The notes under the pieces are model-generated. The model was not told where the DNA came from and made no database searches. It worked only from the letters and a program-made list of their open reading frames with translations. From a virus (lineage: Duplodnaviria > Caudoviricetes), in the IMG/VR virus record IMGVR_UViG_3300036797_000054, positions 58,745 to 122,744 of that record: a DNA stretch of 64,000 bases; one strand, given 5' to 3'. A program made the translations under genes and the position numbers. How positions within the stretch are numbered: the first letter of the stretch is position 1; each line of letters begins with the position of its first letter. This document shows, piece by piece, positions 29,537 to 41,987 of this stretch.

Positions 29537-29581
29537 TCCCCCGTGACGGTGGCGGCCTTGGATCTCTGCCGTCACGGGGGA
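29537..29581 (+). promoter_or_regulatory. 16-bp hairpin between the tRNA 3' end and the pth2 RBS
   Basis: TCCCCCGTGACGGTGG/CTGCCGTCACGGGGGA; 3' arm overlaps GGAGG. Confidence 0.65.
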
Positions 29582-29588
29582 GGGGTCG

Positions 29589-29969
29589 ATGCCTGACCCG
29601 ACGATCCCCATCGTCTACATCGTGTTCAACGGGCCGCTCGGCATGTCGCCGGGCAAGATGACGGCGCAGGCGTTCCAGCTCGCCGAGCGTCTGTTTCGAG
29701 CGGCCGATTCCTACGACGTGCCGATGGGAGAGCGCGTTGACCACCTACAGCGGGTAGGCGCGTGGCGCAAGCACACGACGACGATCACGCGCGTCGCCAA
29801 GACGCCGACGATGTGGGAGCGCGTCAAGGCCGAGGTCGAGGGCGTCGTCATGGTGGACGAGGGCTACACCGAGGTCGAGCCGGGCAGCGAGACGTGCTTC
29901 GCGTCGTGGCCGATGCTGGTGGGCGACGCGCCGAAAATCCTCTCGAACGCCAAGGTGCCGCTGCTGTAG
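29589..29969 (+). CDS. peptidyl-tRNA hydrolase, Pth2 family
   Basis: MSPGKMTAQA...W...DEGYTEVEPGSETC matches the Pth2 MxxGKxxAQ and DxGxT motifs. Confidence 0.85.
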   Translation: MPDPTIPIVYIVFNGPLGMSPGKMTAQAFQLAERLFRAADSYDVPMGERVDHLQRVGAWRKHTTTITRVAKTPTMWERVKAEVEGVVMVDEGYTEVEPGSETCFASWPMLVGDAPKILSNAKVPLL

Positions 29970-30197
29970 TGTTGCTTCTCGTGATCCGCCGAGCCCGTGA
30001 ATACCGTCGCCGCCGCCGCTTGAGAAGGGTCGTGGCCGTAGTGGTAGAGATCAGCCAGACGTTCGATCCGCATGGAACGAACACTGCGCTGAATAAGGTC
30101 CTCACGCGCATCGTGCTGGAGCGCATGTAGCGGGCTACACGGTACGGTGTAGGCGACGCCGCCTGATGGCGTTGACGGCGCGGGTAGACTACCGCGC

Positions 30198-33100
30198 ATG
30201 GAGTGGAAGTGCGAGCTGCCGCTGCGCCCGGAGAGGCACTTTCTCGTGCCTGCCGCGGCGCGTGAGCTGAAGGAGATGGTGCGCAGCGTGCCGATCGTGC
30301 TCGGCGTCGATCCCAACGACCTGACACGGCGCGGGGACGAGCTCGGCGAGGAGGTTGGCGCTGTCGATTCGTCCGAGATGGTGATCGCGGCCGACGGCTG
30401 GCCGCGCGTGAAGATCACCTGCCGGTTGGACTCCGACAAACTGCCGCACAGCATCCGCGAGGGGCTGGCAGCGGGCACCGTCGGCGTCGGTTTCGCCGGG
30501 CGCATGAGCACGCACCGCTGCAAGGGCGACGACGAGCACACCATGATTGGCGGCTTCAACGCGCTGGAACACCTGGCGATCGTGCCGGTGTCCGCGGAGC
30601 CCGTGGACGAGGGTCCCGTGGACGAGCCGGTGCGCATGGTGTGACCGGGCGCAGCATCCGGCGCGTCAAGTCGATGCGCGTGTGGGATGACGCCGACGGC
30701 AGTACGCAGGTCGAGCTGACGACGCTCGACGGCACGGTCGAGCAGTTCGAGTTTGGCCGCACCGATGCGCGCGCTCTCGGCCATGCGATCCGCATACCGG
30801 CCGGGAGTGATCATCGTCACGAGCGCCGCGCCGCGATCGAGCGCATGGCCGAGGACCGCGACGCCTTGGCGCGAGCGGTCGAAATCCTCGGAAAGTAGAG
30901 GCGAAAAATCAGCGGATTCTGCGCGCCTGATTCTGCGCCTGTACATATGCTTGCGAAGGTGCTACCATCTGCTGCGCAACCTAGCTGATGGAGGATCACG
31001 ATGGAGTTGGAGTGGCACAAAGAGCGGCGCGGCCGCTACTCGACAACCGACGAGTACGGCACGCACTGGCACACGCACCAAAGGACGAGCGGTGCATGGC
31101 CCGTTTACCGCGATTCGGTCGAGGCGTTCGAGGGCGCATCACTCGCTGACGTGAAGAGGATGGTCCCTCGCGAGATCAAACGCGAACGCGCGACGCCCAA
31201 GACCGAGCTGATCGAGCATGTCACCGAGCAACCCGAGGACTGGATCGAGCTGCGCTGCGGCGAGCTGCACGGCGCGTTCATCCTGACGATCGACGGCGGC
31301 ATCGAGGAAGCGAGCGAGTGGCACTCGCGCAGCGAGCCCGATTGGAACAGCACGAGCAGCATCCTGCGCATCGGCAACCTGGAGACAATCGGCAACATCC
31401 GCAAGCATCTCCAGCACATCGCTCAGGAGCGCAAGGACTACCCGCTGCACATGAAGCTGCGCGAAGTCAAGGAGCAGGCGCAGGCGATCGGCGAGTTCTT
31501 GGACTACGGCTTGCCGCGGCTGGGCAAAGGCATGGCGGTCTACGAGCGGATCGTGCGCCCGTGCGAATGCCGCTACTGCGAAGTGAGCGACGCCGTGCAC
31601 GGGATGCACACAGAGGAGGAGGTCGCGAACGCCGTGGACGGGCGCGTGCAGGTCGAGGAATGGGTGCCCACGCACCGCACGATCCAGTCGATGCTCGGCG
31701 AGCACTTCGGGATTGACGAGGCAGCGCTGAACGCCGAGAAGGACGCGATGCTCGCGGCGATGCAGCGTGGGTAGCAAACCGTGGAAGAACGATCTGATCT
31801 ATCGCCTGCTCAGCAGCGAGGACTACCGCGAGCACCGCGCCTTCACGCTCACACGCGGACAACGGAGCTGGACGGGGCCAATCGAGTGCGGCCCGGCGGT
31901 CATTTGGGTGGAGGTCGCAGGCGAGCCCGACCCCGAGGCGGTCGCCGTGCCGATCGACAGGGTGCTGGAGATCAACGGCACGCCTGCGCCCGAGTGGCGC
32001 GAGGAGCCGACGCATGGCTAGCGTGCACCTGATCAAGTTCAAGGACGGGAACATGGCACGGATCGGCCGCCTGCGCGGCCAGATGACCGTGCGTATCGAC
32101 CGCTTTGGCTGGCCGCTGCCGCGCCTGCTGAGCACAATCGAGGACGGCACGAACGCGCTGGTGTGGGACTTTGCGAATCCCGCCGCCAGCCGCATCCCGA
32201 CGCCTGCGGCGCGCTCGGCCTATGTCGTGCTCTACCGCAAGGTGAAAGAGAGCACGCTGCCAAACGACGACGAGCCGCTGTTCGCCCGCGGCGCGGAATA
32301 CGAGGTCTGCCGCATCGCGCGCTACACCGGGGACGGTGACGATTTGCCGCACGGGACCGCGCTCGTGGATCTCGGTCCCGATCCAGACGGGATGCTCGGC
32401 GGGGCGCTCGCGGTGCACGATGGCGAGCGCTCGGCGCTGCGCGTGCTGCGCAAGTGGGGGGTGGGCTTCCCGCCCGAGTCGATCCTGCACGCTGACCCGT
32501 TCGGCGCGGGCATCGCCGAGTACGTCCCGCTGTGCAAATGCGGGCGGCTGCTGCAACCGACTGACATCGGCGATCCGGGCTACCCCGAGGCGTTCCAGTG
32601 CGGCCTCGCCGACGTGCAGCCTGACCACGACACCTGGACGCCGGGAGAGAGCACATGACGAGATTGCGATGGACGCTGATGCACCCCGAGGAGGCAATGG
32701 TGGAGGTCGCGAAGGCGTCGAGCGGCCCACCTGTGCCGCGCGGCGAGTCGATCGAGGTCATCGCTGTCAAGCGCGAGTTCACCGGGAGCGAGCTGCGCAA
32801 GGCGTTCGAGCTCACGCAGAAGGTCGATGGGACGAGCGAGGAGGAGCTGGGCGGCATCGACCAAGAGCTGCTGATGGAGCGGGTGGTGGACTTCACGCAG
32901 TGGGTCATGGCGACGATGCCGCGGCGCATTGAAAAGACGCGCGCCGAGCTGATCAAATACGGCAATGACCCCGCGCAGGCCGTGAACCTGATGGTCGAGG
33001 CGCAGATCGGCGCAGCCTTGACGTTCGGGATGCGCCTGCGCTGGCAACTGGACCGGCTCGATGGCTGAGTACAGCAGCGACGATCTCGCCGCGGCGGTGC

Positions 33101-36100
33101 TCGTCGTGGACTCGACGCAGGACATCACACAGATGCCCGACACCGATGCCGATGCCCTGCGCGAACAGGGTCGCATGTTCGCGCAGGACGTGCACAAGGG
33201 CAGCCGTAAACGCCGCTACGAGCTCGTCAAGAACGTGCTCGGCCGGTTGGAGGGCGAAGGTGGCTAAGAAGCTCATGCCGAAAGTCGCGCAGAGCGACGG
33301 CCGCTGCCACCTGTGCGGCGGCATGATCCTCGGCCGGTTCGGGAAAAGCGGCGTGCCGACGGCGCAGCAGGAAGCCGAAGTGCTCGTGGGCGACGGCGAC
33401 CTGGAGGCCGCGTTCCCGCAGAAGCACCCCGACGACACGCTGGATCAGATCGTCAAGTACGAGGGCAAGTGGGTGCACTCGGATTGCGCACGCGATGCTG
33501 ACGCAAACGTGAGTGCCGATGAGCCGATTGGGGGTGGATTCGTAGATGGCACACGGTGAGACGCTGTTCCAGACCTACAACAACCTGATCTCGCAGGGCC
33601 AGGAATGCGCGGCCCAGGCAGCCGCGGCGATCGCGGCCGAGGACGGCGAGGGCGCGGACCTGTGGGCGAAAGCGAGCGAGTCGCATTTCGCCGCTGCGCA
33701 GAAACTGATGCTGGCGAACGCTGCAAGGCAGCGCCGATGACGCTGGGCTATCACCACCTGTTCGCCTATGGGCGCGTAGGGTGATGAAGATGGGCTTGAG
33801 GTTCTACCCGCGCGGTGTGCACACCACCGGCAACACGTACAAGCCGAGGCTCTCGGGCTACGGCCGCCTGTTCCTGGTGGTCGCGGACACTGACGATCCG
33901 CCCATGCCACACCCCGGCTACCGCGGTGAGCTGGTGTTGGACACGTTCGGTGTATGGGTGCGCGCAGACGCGCGGGCCGAGTGCGAGGTGATGATCAACG
34001 ACAATTGGTGGGCCGTCGAGGTAGACAGCTTGATCCCGTGGGCGCGCATCGACTCGATCGAATGGGGCACGAAAGAGGAACGAGGCGCGTAGCGGCACGA
34101 CTACCGCGTGTCGTGCAAAGCTGTACAGCGCAAGGCAACCGACTGGAGGATGCGAGTGCGAGAGCAACTGGAGGATGCAGCGCAGGCGCTCAGCGTGTGG
34201 CTCTCGGGCACCGTCGATGACGCGCTCCGCTGGTGGGACCGTCCGCGCCCGCGGCGCTTCTGCCTGTGGGGCGGCAGTGCATCGTGGACGCAGATTGGCT
34301 CGATCGAGGACAAGTTCTACGTGCGCCGCGCCCGCGAAGATGCACGCCGCCGCCAGTCGTTCCGGCAGATCGTGCGCGCCATCGCCGCCCTAAACGAGCA
34401 GTTCACGCGCATAACCGTGGCGGCAGGCGAGGCCATGCGCCAGCTCACCGCGGCGCTGGCCCCGATCGCTGCCACGCAGGAGCGCCACGCACGGACGTTC
34501 GCTGCCGCGCTGGCCCAGCGCCAGCTCCCACCGCCAGGCGGCACATCGTGATCCGCGCCCGCTTCGAGAACCGCTGCGCGTGCGGGCGCACGATCCGCGA
34601 GGGCGACAACATCGGCCTCGTGGACGGCGAATGGGTCTGCGAGGAGTGCGTGGACGGGGCTGACGGCGGCGAGGACCCCGGAGCCGACGACAGATGAGCG
34701 ACGAGGCGCAGGACAAGATCGTCACCGAGGCGCTGGTCGCGGTGCAGGAGCGCGAGCGACGCGACCCGATGCCCTCGCCGCAGGCTGGGTTGCTGCGCGC
34801 CATGGGCAACCCGAGCGAGCTGACCTCCGGCTCCATCGGCGGCTCGATGATCGAAGCGGTGACGGCGACGCGACCGGACCCGTGGACACCGATCGTCTAC
34901 GAGGGCCACGACGAGGTGCCCGACGGCACGCAAGGCCCCGGCGAAGGCGCGGTGATGCTGATGATCCTCGCGATGGAGCTCGGGCGCGAGATCGGCAAAC
35001 GCGAACGCCAGGCCGAGGTCGATCAGATCGTGGAGGAGCGCGACACCAATGCCAACGTCGCGGAGGGCTTGGCCGAGCGCGTGCATCACGAGCTGCACGA
35101 TTACGGCGCGTACGTACGGGCGATGGACGAGGTGGTGAGCTCGTGATCGCGTTGCTCGCGGCAGCATTCCTGTCGGTCGGCCACGCGAAGCACGCGATCC
35201 GCGTGGACGCCAAGCTGGACAACCCCACGCACGTATGGGTTGATCACTGCCGTCGGCTCTCGCCGGTGCGCGTGCGCTGCCGCTTGACCGAGGAAATCAT
35301 CGAAGCGCCGAACGGGCCGGACGGCATCGAGACGATTACCGCGCTCGGCGGCAACGTCACGGTGACGCGCGAGCGCAGGGGGCTGCTGAGGGTGCACCGC
35401 GATGGCTGAGCCGACACACGAGCTCGTCGTCGTCACCGACGCCGACGGCAAGACCGGCGCGTTCGGGATGCTCCAGCGCGATTGGCTGCTGGAGCACGGC
35501 TACATCGAACGCACGCCTGGGACGATGCAGCATGAGTTCCTTTCCACGCGCCTGAGCGTGTTCGAGCTGGACAAACTCGTGCAGGAACAGCGCGAGCTGC
35601 GCGAGTGCGATTTCTGCCAGACGGTGCCCACGGAGTTCCAGATCAACCTGCGCCACCCGATCGACTCACCACCGCCGACGCCGGGACCGATAACGCGGCC
35701 GCTGTACGCCTGCGGGACGTGTGCGCATCTCGTGCGGATGAACCGGCGCTCGCTGCTGATCGAGCGCATGATCGAAGTGCCGCGCCAGCGCGTGCGTCCT
35801 GATCTTGCTCCCGCCGTGGCGAAAGCTGCGCTCGAACCGCAGATCAGCGTGTTCGTCTCCGCGATGTTCAGCGCGCGCAAGGGACTGCCGGTTCGCCAGT
35901 GACGCGCCAGGTCGGTGCCGAGTGAAGCGACCCGCGGACTGCCTGGAGGAGGCCCGCTACGTCGCGGGCGAGGAAGCGCGCCCCGACCTGCTCGCCACGG
36001 CGGACCAGCTCAACGCGCAGAGCGCCGAGATGCTGCGCTTCATGCAGGAGGCCAAGTCGCTGTCGCACAGCGCGTGGCTGCCCGACAACGAGATCACGCA

Positions 36101-38552
36101 CGCGTTCAAGCTCGCCGCGGGCTACGCGTTCTTCGAGCGGATGCAGGAACCGCGCGGGCTCATGTGCCCGCACCTGATCGACCTGACGATCCCGCACATC
36201 GTGGACCTGACCGGCGGCTGGGCGGCGTGCCGCGAGTGCGTCTACACCTTCGCGCCGATCGAGCCGTGGTCATCCAACCACTGCGACGTGTGCGGCCAGT
36301 CGCCAACGAACAACCGCTTCACTCCATACGCTTTCAATCTCGGTGCGGCGATCGCCTCGGCGCACATCTGCGGCGAGTGCGTCGCCTTTCTGGAGCAAGC
36401 GCGTGACTGACGATCCGTACAACCACGACTTCGATCGCGAGGAGATGATCCGCTTTCGTTTGCGGCACAGGTTGGGGATCGACTACGACGGCAACGTTAC
36501 GTCTCAACACGTTGGCGGCCACGAGGTGCCCGTTCTCGGGCAACGAGCCGCATGCACGTTCGAGAACGAATGGCCGCCTGACGATCACCGTCGCGAGTTC
36601 GCCGCGTTCATAGAGGCCATGGTGCCGCCGCCGAGGAGGAGTGAGCCGTTCACTGTGCTTCCGTTCCAGGTCACTGCATACGGTGACATCTACCACCACG
36701 CTCGCTTCTCATGGTTCATCCGCGATGGCGGTTGGCCGAGGCTCTGCATCAGCCCCGGTGATCGCCCGCGTGTGCTGGAGCTGCCGCTGCCAACATGGCT
36801 GGCGAAGCGCATCGACCCTGCGCCGCACGCAAAGGCGAGTTCTCCGCTGTTCGCGCCCCGCATCGCTCGTACGGACTCGCCGTTGACGGTGGATTCCTGG
36901 CAGTCGATGGTTGATGCGCTCGGACGAGCGCCGCTCTTCCCGATGCCGCTCCAGCCGGGCAGCATCATCATCAGCCGCCAAGGCCACGAACGCATCGCTG
37001 AGATCGGCTACCGCGCGCAGATCGCGTCGAAGCTGCTCAAACGCGGCCCGTGGTGGCAGACGCCGATCGGTTGGGCGTTCGCGCTGTACGCGGCGTGGAG
37101 GGCATTTCGTGAGCGTTGAGCTGCCTGACGTACCGCTCGAAAACGACCCTGCTGCCCGCAGGCGATTCGAGCGCATCGGCAAATGGGGACCGGAGGTAGT
37201 CGCAGACCGGCTCGCACGTCACGAGGCACGCATCGCTGAGATCGACCGCATCCTCGCCAAGGAGGGACGCGAGGCGGCGTTCGCGTTCGTGATGCGAGGG
37301 CCGAGCCGATGAACATGCTGCGCCGTGGCGTGCTGTTCCTAGCCGCGCTTCTGCTGTGGACTGGCGTCGTGCTGCTGGTGGGCTACCTGCGCACAGGCAA
37401 GGTCGGCGACGCGATCGCAGGTGTCGTGCTCGGCTGTATCGCCATCTGTGTCGCGTTCGTATGAGCGCGCAGCCCACAGCCACGCTCGATCCGCGCTTCA
37501 TCGCGGGCATCGACCTCTTGCGACGCACCGGCGCGCAGCAAGTGCAGGTTCGCTACTCCGACGACGAGCAGCCGATCGTCTGGATGGTCGTCGTCGGCTA
37601 CACGCACCAGGCTGACCACGAGCGCCGCATGACGCCGCTGGACAAGCCGGTCTACGAGGCGGCCGCGGCGATGAATCCGTGGAATGCCGCCGTGCGGCTG
37701 TGCGAGAGAATGATCGACGGCGGAAGCTGCATCCACTGCAAGCGTCCCGCGGGCGTGAGCGACGACTGGCAGCACAACATGCCGCTGGCCTCGCACATCT
37801 GCTGGTACGTCTACGACCCCGAGAAGGAGACTTTCCGGCGTAGCTGCGAGGGCGAGACGTGACGCGCTCGCTCGCGATCGCGGGGCTGCTCTGCACGGTC
37901 ACGCTGGCGGGCTGCGGGGTCGGCTCGTCTCCGTCGCCGCAGGAAGTCGCCCGCGACGCCGACAAGTTCTGCGCGGGGCATGTACGTCAGATCGCGCCGC
38001 TCGCGGGCGCGTTCGGCAAGACGCACGGCGTCGTAATCGTCTGTGACAACGGAACAACGGAGGCACGATGACAACGCACATCGAACGGATCACGGTGGTC
38101 AAGCACGCGGGACTGCTGCACGTCTCGATTATGCAGCTCCTGCTCGTGGCGTTCCTCTGGACGGTCGCGCTGTGCTTGTTCGGAGCGTCCAGCGAGGTAG
38201 CCGGGTCGGCGAAGGGCAAGTCGAGCTCGCCCGCGGTGCTCGTTGCGCTGTTGGCGCTGGTCACGATCGCGCTGTTCTTCATCCTGTTGGGCGTGAAGCT
38301 GCTGTGAGCACGGTGCGCCTCACTCCGAAAATGCGCCGCATCCTCGCCTACGTGCTCACGCATCCAGACTGCACCACGCGGGAGGTCGGCGAAGGGGTCG
38401 AGCACGCGCCAGGCAGGCCGATCTACTACGACCAGGCCAACTCGACCCTGCGGCGACTTGCCGCCAAAGGGCTCGTCACGGCCGCAGGCCGTCCGGCGAC
38501 GTGGAGGGGCGACGGGACACCCGCGCCAGACGCGAGCATCTGCACGCTGTAG
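30198..38552 (+). other. run of about 25 coupled small hypothetical ORFs (several Cys-rich or membrane)
   Basis: Continuous ATGA/GTGA overlaps, e.g. 31001-31774, 32014-32658, 32655-33068, 34694-35146, 35402-35902; no family recognised. Confidence 0.6.
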
Positions 38553-38909
38553 TGCTTGCCGTCAGCACCGCCGGTTGGATCGGGGTCGGGATCGGCGGCT
38601 GGACGCTGCTGCTGCTGCTGTTCATGCTGTTCATCAACTGGCGCAAACGCGGCTACGATCCGTAGATGGGCAGCTTCAGGATCATCAAGATCACCGGCTT
38701 GCCGCCGGGCCGAGTGGAGGCCATCTGCGCCGCCGCTCGGCCCGAGCTGCTGCGCCGCGTCTCCGCTAAAGCCGAGCTGCGCCTACCACCGGGGGCGCAG
38801 CCCAAGCGCCCGCACCTGCGTCTCATTCGCGGCGGCCGCGCCTGAGCATCCGGCAGCGCCCTTACGGTTCGTGCGACCGACGCACACTCTCGAACACGGA
38901 GGGCTTCGC

Positions 38910-39323
38910 ATGTACAAGAAGGTCACGATCGGCGCGACCAGCATCGTCGGGTGGCTGATGGCCGCCGCGGCGCTGATTCCGATCGCCGCAAAAACGATCC
39001 AGTCGGGCTCGGGCGTGACCGTGCACGGGCCGGAAAAGTGGCTCGCGATCGCGGGCATCGCCATCGGTGGTGTGACGCAGATCGGCCGCTACCTCCAGAG
39101 CTACAAGGGCATCAGCCAGAAGGTCGAGGTCAAAATCACGACCGTGCTGGGCTGGGTCGTGGGGCTCGGTGGTCTGTGGCCCGTGCTGGAAAAGTCCTAC
39201 AGCGAAGGCTCGCAGGCGCTGCACTCGCCTGAAAAATACGCCGTCATCGGAGCCATCGTCTCCACCGTCATCACACAGGTGGCGCGCATGGTGTCGGCGG
39301 CGAATTCGACACCCAACATCTGA
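38910..39323 (+). CDS. membrane protein with internal duplication (holin-like candidate)
   Basis: GGAGG RBS; about four hydrophobic segments; two repeats GW...PEK(W/Y)...TQ(I/V).R. Confidence 0.55.
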   Translation: MYKKVTIGATSIVGWLMAAAALIPIAAKTIQSGSGVTVHGPEKWLAIAGIAIGGVTQIGRYLQSYKGISQKVEVKITTVLGWVVGLGGLWPVLEKSYSEGSQALHSPEKYAVIGAIVSTVITQVARMVSAANSTPNI

Positions 39324-39501
39324 GTCGCACGACGGAGACATGGCTTGCCGCCGCGGCGAATTCGCCGGTACGCTCAGCGAGCAAGCGCGTCGCGCGTGTA
39401 CCGCTCCCTCGACTGCGCCGCCGCCTCCCCCGCGGCGGCGCAGTCACTTCGGGCTTCCGTGGAACCATGAATCTATGAGAGCGCGGATGGGGCGGCCGTG
39501 A

Positions 39502-39744
39502 GTGCAGGGCACACGAATCCCCGACGGCGAGTTCCACCACAAGCAGCGCAAAGCCGGGGACTACGGGCTGACGGGCGGCGCTCTGTGGGTCGTGCTCCCG
39601 AGCGGTGTGCAAGGACGACTCGACGCGGCCGACTGGACCTGGACCGAGCAGGAGGACGGTTCGATCACGGCGCACCCCTCGATTCACGACGCGCCCGATG
39701 GCTGGCACGGCTGGCTCGTGCGAGGCGTCTGGCAAGAGTGCTGA
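39502..39744 (+). CDS. DUF6527-like small protein, paralog 1
   Basis: EDGSITAHPSI...WHGWLVRGVW. Confidence 0.55.
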   Translation: MQGTRIPDGEFHHKQRKAGDYGLTGGALWVVLPSGVQGRLDAADWTWTEQEDGSITAHPSIHDAPDGWHGWLVRGVWQEC

Positions 39745-40263
39745 TCGAGGCGTTCGCCGAGGCAGCCGACCACGTTGACATCGAGTGGTGGTGGCCGTCA
39801 CGATGAAGCCGTGCGTGTTGTGAGTGCTCGAAATCTGCCGATTTGGAAGATTTGATGCGCTGTCGCTTTGACGGCTGCCCCTACGCGGCCGCCTACGTCT
39901 GCGAGATGGACCGCGGCTGCGTGTGCTTCCCCGACGAGCGCGTCCAGGCCCTGTGCGCGCAGCACGCTCGCAAGTCCGAACCGCTCGGGCGCTGGTCCGC
40001 ACGCCCGATCCGCCGCGGGCGACATCTGCGGCTGCGCGCGGTCGGCTGTGCGCTGTTCTACGCCCTGCTGCCCTCGCGCGCGTACGAGCCGAAGCGCCAC
40101 TACTCCGAGAGCTACGTGCGCCACGCCTGGCGCAACGTCGTCCTCGCGTGGCGCTGGGCCACCGGCAGCGAGACGCAGGGCGACTACGAGTTCGAGCTGG
40201 CGGCGAACTGGTAATGCAGAGTTTGGAGCGTCCGAAACTCACAGCCATGTATGGCATAACGCG

Positions 40264-40533
40264 ATGACGGGCGAACGCCTGGCCGACGGCGAGATCGCCG
40301 CGCATCCGTTCCAGCCCGGCGCGTACGGCCGCGTGCCGCACAGCGACGATGGCGGCTTTGACTGGTACGGCTGCACGCCAAACGGCCACCTCTGCAACTT
40401 CCGCGCGCACGAGGTCGTAGAGCACGAGGACGACACCATCACCGTCTCGCCGTCGATTCTCGTGTACGGCGGCAAAGACGGAGCCGAGGTCTGGCATGGC
40501 TGGCTGGAGCACGGCGTCTGGCGGTCGGTATGA
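40264..40533 (+). CDS. DUF6527-like small protein, paralog 2
   Basis: CTPNG...EDDTITVSPSI...WHGWLEHGVW. Confidence 0.6.
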   Translation: MTGERLADGEIAAHPFQPGAYGRVPHSDDGGFDWYGCTPNGHLCNFRAHEVVEHEDDTITVSPSILVYGGKDGAEVWHGWLEHGVWRSV

Positions 40534-40895
40534 CGACGACCGACGGCGAGCGTGTGCCGGACAACGAGTGGCTGAGTCGCGCGGCCGACGGCGAGATCAA
40601 GCCGGGCGACTACGGCCGCTGCTACATCACGCACGGCTCCGAGCCGACGAAACCTGGCTCATGGGAGTGGTTCGTCTGCTGCCCCGACGGTTCCACGACA
40701 AAGCTGTGGGTCAACGAGGACGATCGCAACGGCAACCGGCACATCGTCACCATCCATGGTGACGGCTCGATCACCGTGGGTGGTTCGGTCATGGGCGGCC
40801 TCGTCGTGCCCGCCGTCGCGCTGATTGGCGAAATCAAAGGACCGGGCGACTTCTGGCACGGCTACCTCGAACGTGGCGTGTGGAGATCGCTATGA
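40530..40895 (+). CDS. DUF6527-like small protein, paralog 3
   Basis: CCPDG...GDGSITVGGSV...WHGYLERGVW. Confidence 0.55.
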   Translation: MTTTDGERVPDNEWLSRAADGEIKPGDYGRCYITHGSEPTKPGSWEWFVCCPDGSTTKLWVNEDDRNGNRHIVTIHGDGSITVGGSVMGGLVVPAVALIGEIKGPGDFWHGYLERGVWRSL

Positions 40896-41425
40896 GCTGG
40901 CCGTGCACATGGTGGGAGCCCACCGGCCGCGTGCACGTCTGGCTCACGGTCGAGTGCCTGAACGAGCACGAGACGACGGTGGACTGTGGGATGCAGTCGC
41001 TGCCGAAGGACGAGTCGATTCTGCGCTGGGACGGCCCGTGGCCGACGCAGTGCGCGACGTGCGGGCAGCCAGCGAGCGATCGCAGCGCGCACACGCGCGC
41101 GGAGTATCGACAGCCTGCGACGGGCGAGGTCGTTACGAAACTGCCGATCGGCGCGCTGTTCGATTGCGGGTACGGTAGGACCGGACCCGACGGGCGCGCG
41201 CTCGTGTGCGTCATCCCGAGCGGCCACTGGCACATCGACCGGCGCGCGACCAACTGCGGCTCGCCCGAGGACAACGAGCACTACTGCTGGTGTCGCCACG
41301 GCGATCCAACGCAGCCCGAGACGGTGCATGTGGACAAGTCCTGCCAGACGTGCAGCGCGGGCGCAGGATCGATCCAGCAGGGCGACTTTCACGGCTTCCT
41401 GCACCACGGGTCTGTAACGACCTGA
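40892..41425 (+). CDS. Cys/His-rich protein with related C-terminus (divergent paralog 4)
   Basis: IPSG...GSI...FHGFLHHG. Confidence 0.45.
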   Translation: MSWPCTWWEPTGRVHVWLTVECLNEHETTVDCGMQSLPKDESILRWDGPWPTQCATCGQPASDRSAHTRAEYRQPATGEVVTKLPIGALFDCGYGRTGPDGRALVCVIPSGHWHIDRRATNCGSPEDNEHYCWCRHGDPTQPETVHVDKSCQTCSAGAGSIQQGDFHGFLHHGSVTT

Positions 41426-41987
41426 CTTGCGGGGAGGATAATATCCTCCCCCCTACGAAAGCGTCTCTGTCCATCGGCGCGGTCCGCACGACCGCGCTCG
41501 CATTGAAAGGAACCCGCCATGGGCGAGTCCAAGTTCATCGTCTACACGTACGAGACGGTGGACAACAAGCTGGAGTGCCACGCCTACGGCTGCACGCAGG
41601 AGGAGGCGTTCGGCACCAAAGAAGAGGCCGACAACGTGCTCAAAGAGCTCGTCACCGGCAACGCCGCTCTCACCGGCATGGTCCTCCCGCTGGAGTCCGT
41701 CGGCGCGTAGCGTGTTCGGTCGCCCGCGATACGTGGCGATCAGTCTCGGCGGCGGCGAAGGCTTCATCGTCGCCGGGTCGCTGCGCCGCTGGAGTCGCCG
41801 CATGGTGCGGGCGCAGCGGCGCAGGCGCTTCGTGCGGTTGATGGATATGCGCGACGGTCGCGTCTATCTGCTCAACGCACGGGCATGGCTGACCCTCACA
41901 GAGCAGCGGACGGTCGAGGCAGGCCGACGCTGCTATGGCCGCTAGGCTGCACCGAACCAGTTCTGTCACGAGGAAAGAGAGAGCAAC

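Noticed and set aside
30198-30644. Prohead protease (HLAIVP-like tail)
   Set aside because: Catalytic Ser motif not seen and no head genes nearby; left as hypothetical.
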